A stretch of DNA of 64,000 nt from an uncultured delta proteobacterium. GTDB taxonomy: Bacteria; Desulfobacterota; RBG-13-43-22. Shown one piece after another: positions 29,345-38,664 of this stretch. The DNA is taken from NCBI GenBank assembly GCA_963790475.1, contig CAWBOS010000012.1, forward strand, positions 1,376,001 through 1,440,000. The letters run 5' to 3'. The translations under genes were made by a program, and so were the position numbers. The stretch's first letter is position 1. The number at the start of each line of letters is the position of its first letter. A model generated the notes under the pieces. The model was not told the origin of the DNA, did not search any database, and saw nothing but the letters and a program-made list of their open reading frames with translations.

Positions 29345-29501
29345 GAGGTTCATGAAAAGTCGTCACCCCGGCGAAAGCCGGGGCCCAGGTGAATTATAAC
29401 TTACTTGAAAACACTGGATTCCGGCTGGAGTCTATCCCGCACTTGATGCGGGACCGGAATGACTTAATGTGGGTTTCGGCGACTTTTTACGAGTTCATCA
29501 A
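29345..29501. repeat. REP/dRS3-like palindromic element, copy 3, with outer ...AAAAGTC / GACTTTTTACGAGTTCATC ends
   Basis: GTCACCCCGGCGAAAGCCGGGGCCCAG ... CTGGATTCCGG...CCGGAATGAC. Confidence 0.75.
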
Positions 29502-29569
29502 GGTCAACGGGCTCATTTCCACTTGTTTAACTGACGGGACCAATTACTTGGGGTATTTTTACTCCCATT

Positions 29570-31324
29570 TCAGGCAGATATTTTTTGCTGTATGTGAATC
29601 AGCTTTTCCTTGATTTCAGCCATTTTCTTTTCCTCTTCAACAAGAACGGCCCTTTGTTTCTCAACCGCCTCCTCGCCCTTCGATCTCTGACTCAGGCCTT
29701 TTTCTATGGCCTTTGATATCCCTTCCATGGTGGCCTCAATCCTTTGGAGCATCTCCCATCTGAAGGTAAGCTTACTCTTATCCAGTCTTTCTTCAAAGTC
29801 AGAACCAATTCTGGCGGACTGCCTGTCGATCACCCCCTGGAGGTATTCCTTCATCTTCTTCTGCATGATCTTTTCGCCGATGAACTTCGGCCGCAACAAG
29901 GTCAGCGACGAGGCCACTATCTCAATCCCTCCCGGCTGCTCCTTGAATTTATAGTAAAACCTGGACTTCGATGACCAAATGGCCTCGGCCTTAACGATAT
30001 CGACGGGAACGGCGAAGAGTTCCGCCGAGAAATTAAGGAGGGCGTCCACGGTTTCATCGATCTTGCTAATAAATCTCTTGCAGGACGTCTCAAATGCTTT
30101 TGACAGTTTCTCATCCTCAAGGCCGCGCCAGGCCATAAAGGCCTGTTTGACTTCGACGACAATTTGCTCTTCAAGACGCCGCTGAATCTCCTTCAGGGAC
30201 AGGCCCGAATACTCTTTGTAGCGGCTTTCAATGTTTCCTGACACTTTAAAAAGCAACTCCTGTCTGAAGGCCTTCGTGTCTTCATCCAGGACGTTCTTTA
30301 TAATATTTTTCGTGGCGCCATCCAGCAGCAGGTAGAAGTCATCTTTTTCAACCAAAATCTCTTCCTTTTTATTCTCGAAAATTTTGATCTTCTCTTGCAG
30401 CTCCTCTAAAGGCGTTGCTAGTGATTTCATCTCCAGTTCAAGTTTGAACAAGGCTTGAGAGAGGAGCCGAAGGAGGTTGTTGGTCACGGAAAGGAGCAGA
30501 ACTTTGCCCTTTTCCTGCATTAGAAAGGTATTCAGGATATGTTCAAATTCGGGGAGAAAACTTTTCTCCAGGAATTCCTTTGTTCCGGACAATTTACCCT
30601 GAAGGGCCCATTTGGCCGAAATGGGGAAAATCTTGACTTCGCTGCCCAACGACTCCTCAATAATGGTCCTGGAGAATGAAATGGATTCGTTAAGGTCTTC
30701 GGGACCGACATAATCGGCCTTATTCTGCAGAAAGAATATCCGGTTGGAATATTCTTTTACATCCTTTAAAAAATTAAGCTCGGCCTTGCTGACCGGCTGA
30801 TCGACGGAGAGAAGAAACAGGGCGGCATCCGACTTAGGTAAGTACTGATAAGCCACATCGGTGTTGTGCTCATATACCGAACCGACACCGGGGGTGTCGA
30901 TCAACCGGACCCCGTCTTTTAGATAGGTTGAAGGATAGGCTATGACGACTTCCTGCACCTCTTTTTCATTTTTTGGATTTCCTTTTTCGGTTACATATTG
31001 GGGGAGACTTGCCGGTTCAATCTCAGTCACCCGGCCGTCATTGAAATAAACATTGATATTTACGGTTTCGCCGTATTTAAGAATCGTGGCAATAGAGGTA
31101 AGAGGCACGATAGCTGTGGGCAATATTTCCGCCCCAAGGAGGGCATTGATCAGGCTGGTCTTCCCTCTTTTAAACTGTCCCAGAACAACCAGGTTAAAGA
31201 CATTATTTTGAATTTTATCCCTGAATTCTTCATAGAGGCCATTGGTATTCATTTCGATGGTTCCCATGGAGTCGATGCAGGTTACGAGTTCTTCTTTAAG
31301 ATGCGCGTAGTTATCGAGAACCAT
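29570..31324 (-). CDS. Bacterial dynamin-like GTPase
   Basis: GQFKRGKTS (G1), PLTS (G2), DTPG (G3), NKAD (G4), long coiled-coil stalk; GGAGG RBS before the ATG at 31324. Confidence 0.88.
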   Translation of the reverse strand: MVLDNYAHLKEELVTCIDSMGTIEMNTNGLYEEFRDKIQNNVFNLVVLGQFKRGKTSLINALLGAEILPTAIVPLTSIATILKYGETVNINVYFNDGRVTEIEPASLPQYVTEKGNPKNEKEVQEVVIAYPSTYLKDGVRLIDTPGVGSVYEHNTDVAYQYLPKSDAALFLLSVDQPVSKAELNFLKDVKEYSNRIFFLQNKADYVGPEDLNESISFSRTIIEESLGSEVKIFPISAKWALQGKLSGTKEFLEKSFLPEFEHILNTFLMQEKGKVLLLSVTNNLLRLLSQALFKLELEMKSLATPLEELQEKIKIFENKKEEILVEKDDFYLLLDGATKNIIKNVLDEDTKAFRQELLFKVSGNIESRYKEYSGLSLKEIQRRLEEQIVVEVKQAFMAWRGLEDEKLSKAFETSCKRFISKIDETVDALLNFSAELFAVPVDIVKAEAIWSSKSRFYYKFKEQPGGIEIVASSLTLLRPKFIGEKIMQKKMKEYLQGVIDRQSARIGSDFEERLDKSKLTFRWEMLQRIEATMEGISKAIEKGLSQRSKGEEAVEKQRAVLVEEEKKMAEIKEKLIHIQQKISA

Positions 31325-31407
31325 ATATGGACCTCCTATCACTTTCTATTGGCAGGGGTCGTTTTGTTTGTACAAAAAATAAAAAACTCCTACCAAAGGC
31401 TTCTTTG

Positions 31408-31459
31408 GTAGGAGTCATTAGTCCCGGTTTATCGAGACGGTTGAGCGAACTCCATCGCT
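31408..31459 (-). ncRNA. Fluoride (crcB-class) riboswitch 3; terminator at 31381-31415
   Basis: Minus strand AGCGATGGAGTTCGCT-CAACCGTC...GACTAATGACTCCTAC; terminator ACTCCTACCAAAG-aagc-CTTTGGTAGGAGT then T-tract. Confidence 0.92.
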
Positions 31460-31495
31460 TGATTAAAATCTATTTTACCCTATTTAGGTAGAATG

Positions 31496-31524
31496 AGTAT
31501 AAAATAAGACCGATGTGGGGTCAA
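31496..31524 (-). promoter_or_regulatory. Sigma70 promoter for riboswitch 3 / dynamin gene
   Basis: Minus strand TTGACC-17 nt-TATACT. Confidence 0.6.
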
Positions 31525-31810
31525 GGAAAAAAAGCGAATGAATTAAACCAGGCACGGCTCAAAATATTATCATAATCGCCATATTATGTCGACGAATCGG
31601 GCGGATTAAAGGAGAGAGCGTCTTGCCCATTTTAGATATTTTGTTATTATGTCAAACTTTGGGTGCTTTTCTAAAATTTTACTTCAAAAAGATTTAAGGA
31701 CGGAATTTGTCCGATGCTACTCGATTTAGTCAAGGTAGTCAACAATGTCTCCCCTTGATGACGGAGGAGAAAGGTGTTATGAAATTGGATGGATCATCAG
31801 GGGAAAAAAA

Positions 31811-33577
31811 TTGAAAATACTGCTTATATACCCCTATTTCCTGGAGAAGCGGGTGCATGAGGAGGAGATCGGTATGGTTCCGATCGGTCTCTACTACGTG
31901 GGGGCGGTTCTAAAAGAGAACGGCTACGACGTAGAGATCCTCAACTGGCACCGCATCCATGAAAACCCCCAAGATATGGAAGCGGTTTTAAGAGAGAAGA
32001 GGCCCGACATCATCGGCCTTTCCGTCTTTCACGCCAACCGCTGGGGGGCTGTCGAGATTGCAGCCGTAGCTAAGAGGATCGATCCCCGGGTGAAAATCGT
32101 ATTCGGTGGGGTCGGGGCGACATTCCTCTGGGAACACCTCCTTACCCGCTTTCCCCAGGTCGACTTCATCGTGCTCGGGGAAGGGGAATACAGCTTCCTG
32201 GATCTCGTACGATGTATCGAAAATGGGGACCACAGCCGCGCTCGGGAGATCCATGGGATCGCCTTCAGGAAGGGTAAAGAGGTCGTCAAGACGGCTGAAA
32301 GGGAATTCATCGAGGACTTGGACGCGCTCCCTATTCCCTCCAGGTACTTCTCCTATCAGCACCTCACCTACACCCGGGGTTGTCCCGGAGACTGCACCTT
32401 TTGCGGGTCCCCGTTGTTCTGGAAGAGGAAGGTCCGTTTCCACTCTCCGGATCACTTCGTGATGCAGATGGAACTCCTCTTTCGGAAGGGGGTCTCCTTC
32501 TTCTATGTCTCCGACGATACCTTCACAATCAAGAGGGAACGGGTCATCGAGATCTGCCGGAAGGTCCTCGAAAGGGGCCTTCGGGTCTCCTGGGCCGCCA
32601 TCTCCCGGGTGGACCATGTGGATGAAGAGGTCCTTTATTGGATGAGAAGGGCCGGGTGCATTCAGATCAGTTACGGCATAGAAAGCGGGTCGGACCGGAT
32701 ACGCCGCCTTCTGAACAAGAAGATCGACCGGGACCGGATTCGAGAGGCCTTCGCACTCACGACCAAGTACGGTATACTGGCCCGGGCCTATTTCATCTAC
32801 GGCTGTCCCGGAGAGAGTCCGGGCACCATCGAAGAGACGGTCCGCCTCATGGACGAGATCAGACCCCTGAGCGTCATCTTCTATATCCTCGATCTCTTCC
32901 CGGGCACGGCCCTCTACGAAGATACAAAGAAGAGGCTCGGCCTCACCGACGACATCTGGTTGAGGCGGATCGAGGACATCCTCTATTTCGAGACGGACCC
33001 CCGTCTTCCGCAGGAAAAGGTCCTCGATTTTGGCCATCGTCTCAGAACCGCATACCATGGGAACCTCAACCAGTACGTGGAGGCCGTCGAACTCGTCGAT
33101 AAAAAGGAACTGTATGGTTTCCATGCCGACTTTCTCTCAAGACTCGGCATGACCTTCAGCGAGGGCGATTACTCGCGGATAGATGCGGTCAAAGAACCGC
33201 AAAGGATCGCCGAGAAGCTCTTCGAGAAGGCATTGACTTATGCCCCGGATCACCGGGCTTATCTCGGTCTGGGAATGATCAGGCAGAGGAGGAGGGACTT
33301 TGCCGCATCTGTCCGGATCCTTTCCGAAGGAATCAAACATTATCCCGAAAGTGAGGCCTTGAACCTCTGCCTTGGGATCACCCTTATGAACATGGGAGAA
33401 TACGGTCGGGCTCTTCACCACCTCCTGACGCTCCAGCATTCCAAGGAGGGGCTATACTACCTGTCTAACTGCTATCGGGAGATGGGCGACCGGGAGAAGG
33501 CGGCCGAATTCGAAAGGAGATACAAAGAGATTTGTCGGATGAACCGCCTGTCTAACTCCGACCTCTCCCCGGACTGA
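31811..33577 (+). CDS. B12-binding radical SAM protein with C-terminal TPR repeats
   Basis: PIGLYY, GEGE, RGCPGDCTFC, GIESGS; TPR-like tail; TTG start at 31811. Confidence 0.88.
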   Translation: MKILLIYPYFLEKRVHEEEIGMVPIGLYYVGAVLKENGYDVEILNWHRIHENPQDMEAVLREKRPDIIGLSVFHANRWGAVEIAAVAKRIDPRVKIVFGGVGATFLWEHLLTRFPQVDFIVLGEGEYSFLDLVRCIENGDHSRAREIHGIAFRKGKEVVKTAEREFIEDLDALPIPSRYFSYQHLTYTRGCPGDCTFCGSPLFWKRKVRFHSPDHFVMQMELLFRKGVSFFYVSDDTFTIKRERVIEICRKVLERGLRVSWAAISRVDHVDEEVLYWMRRAGCIQISYGIESGSDRIRRLLNKKIDRDRIREAFALTTKYGILARAYFIYGCPGESPGTIEETVRLMDEIRPLSVIFYILDLFPGTALYEDTKKRLGLTDDIWLRRIEDILYFETDPRLPQEKVLDFGHRLRTAYHGNLNQYVEAVELVDKKELYGFHADFLSRLGMTFSEGDYSRIDAVKEPQRIAEKLFEKALTYAPDHRAYLGLGMIRQRRRDFAASVRILSEGIKHYPESEALNLCLGITLMNMGEYGRALHHLLTLQHSKEGLYYLSNCYREMGDREKAAEFERRYKEICRMNRLSNSDLSPD

Positions 33578-33669
33578 TCAGAGGACCTGCAACACAAGGC
33601 CCTTCAAATACTCTCCCTCGGGGCGATACAGGCTCACAAAATGATCCAATCCCTGCCCGAGCCTGTAGA

Positions 33670-33735
33670 GGATTAATTCAAAAGACTTATGAGGTTGATC
33701 CCCTAACCTGCCCCCAATGTCAGGGGCTGATGCGC
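33670..33735 (+). mobile_element. Relic of an IS91-like transposase C-terminus
   Basis: Translates GLIQKTYEVDPLTCPQCQGLMR, matching the LI.K.YEVDPL.CP.C.G.MR tail of these transposases. Confidence 0.55.
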
Positions 33736-33736
33736 T

Positions 33737-33835
33737 TCAACGCGCAAAGGCCTTTCGGCCGGCATTTTGAGCCGAGTCTCCCAACTCTTCTTCAATGCGC
33801 TTGACATTGGTAACGAATATGTCATCACCCACCAG
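33737..33835 (-). pseudogene. Internally deleted enolase relic
   Basis: Reads [32 protein letters not shown]; 33791-33835 matches 40479-40523 at 44 of 45 nt. Confidence 0.85.
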
Positions 33836-33956
33836 TCTCCCTCTACCACCCCGCGGTAACATTTAATTATGATTCAACTGGTGGCTATAGGGCCTTTTTT
33901 CGATTGTTAGTCATCACTATGGCCTTCAATGATTTTTTTCACTCACGCCCCTTCCT

Positions 33957-36900
33957 TCACACATCATCGCCGGACGAGCTGTAAAACTTTCCGTACCGAA
34001 GGGCCAGGGTCGGCAGCACGAGCAGGTTCAACATGGTCGATGTCACAAGGCCGCCGAGGATGACGAGCGCCATAGGCCCTTCGATCTCACGGCCCGGCGC
34101 GCTTGCCCCTATGGCAAGGGGCAGGAGTCCCAATGCGGTGACAAGAGCGGTCATCAGGATGGGCGCGAGCCGCTCCGAAGCCCCCCTGATCGCCGCATCC
34201 GCCCCCCAATCCATCCCCTCGACCGAAACCAGGTGTTCGTAGTGGGAGATCATCATAATGGAGTTGCGGAGCGTGATGCCGAAGAGCGTGACGAAACCGA
34301 CGAGGGAGCCGATGGAGAGGGCGCCCCCGGAGATGAAGGCGGCGAGCACTCCGCCTACCAATGCAAAGGGAAGGTTGGCGAGCACCAGGAACAGATTCCT
34401 CACATTACCCATGACTATCGACAAAAGGAGGATGATTCCTGCTCCAGCCAATAGGGAGTGGACCATGAGGTCCCGCCGGGAGCGGGCCTGGGCCGCAGCC
34501 GTGCCGCTAAATTCGACATAGGTCCCCGGGGGGAAGGAGATATCCGAGGCGATCCTTTTTCTTGCATCGGCGGCGAAGGTGTTGACGTCCCGGCCCGTTA
34601 CATTACAGGTGATCGCCTGCACCCGTCTGGCCGCGTTGTGAAGGACCACGTAGCGGCCCGAAGTCTCGTAGACGTCGGCGATTTGCTTCAGGCTTACATA
34701 AACGCCCGCGGCACTGCGGAGGGGCAGGTCTCCCACCTGGGTGACGTTCCTGCGCACCCGCGCGTCGAGGATCACCGACACGTCGAAAACCCGGTTCCCT
34801 TCGTAGGTCTGGCCCACAGTAGCACCCTGGTATGCGGTCCGGACCGCGTCGAGCACGCCCACGGCGGCAAAGCCCCACCGGGCGAGGTCCTCCTTTCTGA
34901 GCCTCACTACTATGCGCGGTGCGCCGGGGGGCGACTGTACCTGGACATCCGCCGCGCCGGGAATTTTCCCGAGGACCCTGGCCGCTTCATGTGCCTTCCG
35001 GTCGAGGGTGTCAAGATCGTTGCCGTAGATGTTGACCACCACTGACGCCGAGTAGCCGGAGATGGTCTCCTCGACCCGTTCGGTGAGGAAGGTATTGACG
35101 GCGAAGTTGACGCCGGGGAAACCGGCCAAGGCTTTTCGTATCTCAGCCTGGGCCAGCTCCGACTCCTCCCCCTGAAGAGGCTTGAGGTCCACCTCGAACT
35201 CGCTGTAGTGGGTGCCTAAGACGTCGTCGCCCTCTTCCGCCCTTCCGGCCCGCTGGGCCACCGAGCGGACATAGGGGACCTTCAGAAGCTCGATCGTCAC
35301 CAAGCGGCCCAGACGCAGCGACTCCTCGAGCGACGTGCCGGGGACCGCGGACATGTGGACGATAAAATGCCCCTCTTTCAGCTCCGGCAGAAAATCGCCT
35401 CCGAAGAACGGGAGAGGGGCAAGTCCGGCCAGGGTGAAGAGCGCCGCCCCGATTATAACGGCCCGTGGATGGCGTTCGACGGAGGCAAGCAGCGAGCGAT
35501 ACCGCTCCTTGAGCCAACGGACCACCGGCGGCTCCTTCTCCGGCAGCTCCCGGTTGCCGAGAAGGACGAGACACAGCACGGGGGTTATGGTCAGGGCCAC
35601 CAGCAGGGAGGCGAGGGTGGCCAGGATATAGGCGACGCCGAGGGGCGCAAACAGTCGTCCGGCCAACCCGGACATGGTGAGAACCGGAATAAATACCAGG
35701 GCCACGGCAAAGGTGGCGTAAACCACGGCCCCCCGGACCTCGAGGGATGCGTCGAAAACGACTGCCGGCGCCGGCCGCGGCTGCGCAAGAAGGCGGTTCT
35801 CCCGAAGCCGGCGAAGAATATTCTCCACGTCGATGATGGCATCGTCCACCACCATGCCGACTGCGATCGCAAGCCCTCCAAGGGTCATGGTATTGAGGCT
35901 GTGCCCCAGGTACTCCAGGACCGTCACCGCCGCCAGGAGGGAGAGGGGGATCGCCGCACAGGAAATGGCCGCGGTGCGCAGGTTGAAAAGAAAGAGGAAG
36001 AGGACGATTATCACCAGTGCCGCGCCGATAAGGAGCGACGATCTCACATTTTGGGTCGCTGTCCGGATGAAGTCGGCGGGACGGAAGATGTCGCCGTGAA
36101 GTTCCGCGCCCTGCACCTTCAGTGTGGGGCGGAGCTCGGTCAGGGCCTGCTCGACCCGCTCCGTCACTTCCTGGGTGTTGGCGCCGTACTGCTCGGAGAT
36201 GACCAGTTGCACCCCCGGTTTACCCATGATCGCCGCGGCGCCGATGGGAGGCTCCGGCGCATCGACCACCTTGGCTATATCCCCAAGGGTGACGTTGGCG
36301 CCGTTCTGGTGAAGGAGCACGGACCGGGACAACTCCGAAGGAATGAGCGACTGCCCCTCGCTCTGGAGGACAAGACGTTGGTTCTCGTTGTCGATGAAAC
36401 CGGCTCCCCGTACCCCCGTGGCCCGCCGCGCCGCTGCCAGAACATCGTCGATGGACAGGTTGTAGCGGACCAGTTCTTCGGGGCGGAACTGGACCTGAAG
36501 CTGGCGGACATCGCCGCCGAAGACCGCCACTTTGGCGACGCCCGGTACCGCCAGGAGGCGCTGCCTGACCGTCCAGTCGGCCATGGTCCTGAGTTCCATC
36601 AAAGAAAGCTTAGGGGAGGTAAGCCCTACCGCCAGCACCACGCTCGTGGACGAGGTGAGAGGGGTGATCGCCGGCGCCTGGACCCCTTGCGGGAGACGCC
36701 CCGACAGGGTCGAGAGGCCCTCGGCCACCAGTTGCCGGTTGAGATAGATGTTACTCCCCGGACTGAAGGTAACGGTGACGACCGATAACCCCTGGATCGT
36801 GCCGGAACGGAGCGTCTCAATCCCCGCTACCCCGTTGACCGCGTTCTCCACCGGCTGGGTCACGAGCATTTCCACCTGCTCCGGGGAAAGGCCCGGCGCC

Positions 36901-37597
36901 TCCGTCTAAATCACCACCTATAATTGTGCCATATGGCATTGAATGGTAAAATGATGATCATGATTGGTAAAGGAGTTAAGTCTACCCAGGCGAAGAAATC
37001 CAAGCCACGGGTTAGACCGAAATCCGTTTTTCAACCTCAAGGGGAGGACCGGCATGATCAACAACTCAGCACTCCAAAAATGGGATCGACTGGCCCAGAA
37101 ACAATTGGATCGACAGTTCATGAATGAAATCATCCAAGGTCTGCAATGCTCGCCTTTCGAAGCCGGTGCCATCCTGGACACCGTCTACAAAGTGTATCGA
37201 CCTTATTTTGAAACCAGTGGCACGCTTAAGCCAGGGCAATTACTCTTTCAGGTAATTGCGGTGGAAGCGTCCCCGAATAAACCTTTAGCTCAGGGCCGAC
37301 AAGTGACCGTAACGCTGACTCTCGATTCCGGTCCGGAGGACCTGAAGATCCGAAAGCAAAAAGGGATCATCGGACTCAGGCAGCACCGACTCCAGCGGGT
37401 TTGTCACGAAGCCTTCCAACAAGGAGGCTTGTTGACCCCAGGGGCGGGGCGAATTCGGGGAATACGTCGTATTTGGCCTTGGTGAGGGAATAGACGCCGA
37501 AGCCCGCCAGCAGAAAGGTCAGGGCGATCACCACCCCACGGAAGCGGAGCGAAAAACGGACGATGGCGGAGAGTATCCCGGAAGAGCGGCCGTTCAT
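33957..37597 (-). pseudogene. CusA/CzcA-like RND permease interrupted by a 521-bp insertion (36920-37440) and an in-frame TAG (36906-36908)
   Basis: N-terminus MNGRSS...DVFPEFAPP, resumes QVVI*TEAPGLSPEQVE; GMVVDDAII, ERLAPILMTAL motifs. Confidence 0.85.
36920..37440 (+). mobile_element. Inserted fragment carrying the 5' part of a DUF1670-like gene (ATG at 37054)
   Basis: Splits codon C|AG of the RND gene; encodes LKPGQ...VTLTL...RLQRVCHEAFQQGGLLT; visibly lower GC than the flanks. Confidence 0.65.
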
Positions 37598-38664
37598 TTG
37601 TCGCCGCCTTCCTCTCCTACCTGAATCTGGGAGCGGAACTCCTCGGACTGTAAGAGCTGCGCGCCCTTCACCACGACCTTGTCGCCTGGAGAAAATCCGC
37701 CGGCCACAAACCACCCTTCCCTTATCGGTGTTTCAGTCGGAATCTCGCGCCGCACAAAGCGGCCACTTCCCTTTTCCAGATAGACCCACGCCTTTCCCTG
37801 CCACCAGACTGCGGCCCGAGAAGGCACTATCACACCCGTCCGTGAGGGGCCCACCGGGACAAAGGCCAGTACGTTCATACCGGGGACGAGATGGGGGTGC
37901 GCAGGGGCAAGGTAGAAAAAGCTCTTCCCCTGGATGCGGGGGTCGGTCCTCGGTGAGGGCGAAACCAGCCCCACTGTGACGAGGGGTGTTCCTTCGCCGG
38001 ACTGCACCCGGATCGTAGGTGCCCCTGCGTCAGCGCCCACGTCCGGGGGAAAGGTGATCTGGAGGAGAACATCTTCTTGTCGTATCAGCCGTTCGAAGGC
38101 GGGAGAATCGTCAATCAGCCACCTGGAAATAACCCCGCCCCACTGCTGCCGCAGGCTCCCTGCCAGAGCGCTCAGGGAAACCTTCGCCGACTCCATGGCA
38201 GCGGCATCGGCCCGCCAGACGGCCTCAGCCGACTGGAGGACCTTGTCGGAGATGTTCCTGTTGTCTGCGTTGAGGGGCTTCAGGCGCTCGTACTCCCTGC
38301 GCGAGGCCTCAAGGGCCGCCTCTCCCTTTTCCATCAGCGACTTTGCCGTGGCATAAGAGCCGCTGGAGTCGAAGAGGCCCTGGAGTTGGAGTGCCGTGCC
38401 GGCGGCGCGAATCTCCCGCCGATGGGAGGCCGCAGCCAGAGGTAGGACGACGATCCCGGACTTCTCCAGGGTTTTTCCGTCAAGACTTACGACGATTTCC
38501 CCTTCCGCCGTGGAGACGCGAGACGGGGCCTTTATCGGAAGCTCCCGCTCCTGCTCGAGGGCCCCTTCCTTCCGGGACGTCTGAAAAGCCCAGACGAGGA
38601 GTCCGGCAAGTGCGGCCAGGACAATAATGGCGACGACCATTTTTATGACACTCTTTTTTCTCAC
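37594..38664 (-). CDS. RND periplasmic adaptor (membrane fusion protein)
   Basis: N-terminal TM, helical hairpin, LVPGM, VP..AVWW.GKAWVY, GDKVVVKGAQLL. Confidence 0.85.
   Translation of the reverse strand: MRKKSVIKMVVAIIVLAALAGLLVWAFQTSRKEGALEQERELPIKAPSRVSTAEGEIVVSLDGKTLEKSGIVVLPLAAASHRREIRAAGTALQLQGLFDSSGSYATAKSLMEKGEAALEASRREYERLKPLNADNRNISDKVLQSAEAVWRADAAAMESAKVSLSALAGSLRQQWGGVISRWLIDDSPAFERLIRQEDVLLQITFPPDVGADAGAPTIRVQSGEGTPLVTVGLVSPSPRTDPRIQGKSFFYLAPAHPHLVPGMNVLAFVPVGPSRTGVIVPSRAAVWWQGKAWVYLEKGSGRFVRREIPTETPIREGWFVAGGFSPGDKVVVKGAQLLQSEEFRSQIQVGEEGGDK

Noticed and set aside
31988-36788. Long antisense ORFs (31988-33124, 35355-36788)
   Set aside because: Shadow frames of GC-rich real genes with no recognisable motifs.
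36906-36908. In-frame TAG in the RND gene as pyrrolysine or readthrough recoding
   Set aside because: A CAG-to-TAG change next to an inactivating insertion; no pyl genes in the window and other genes use TAG as a stop.
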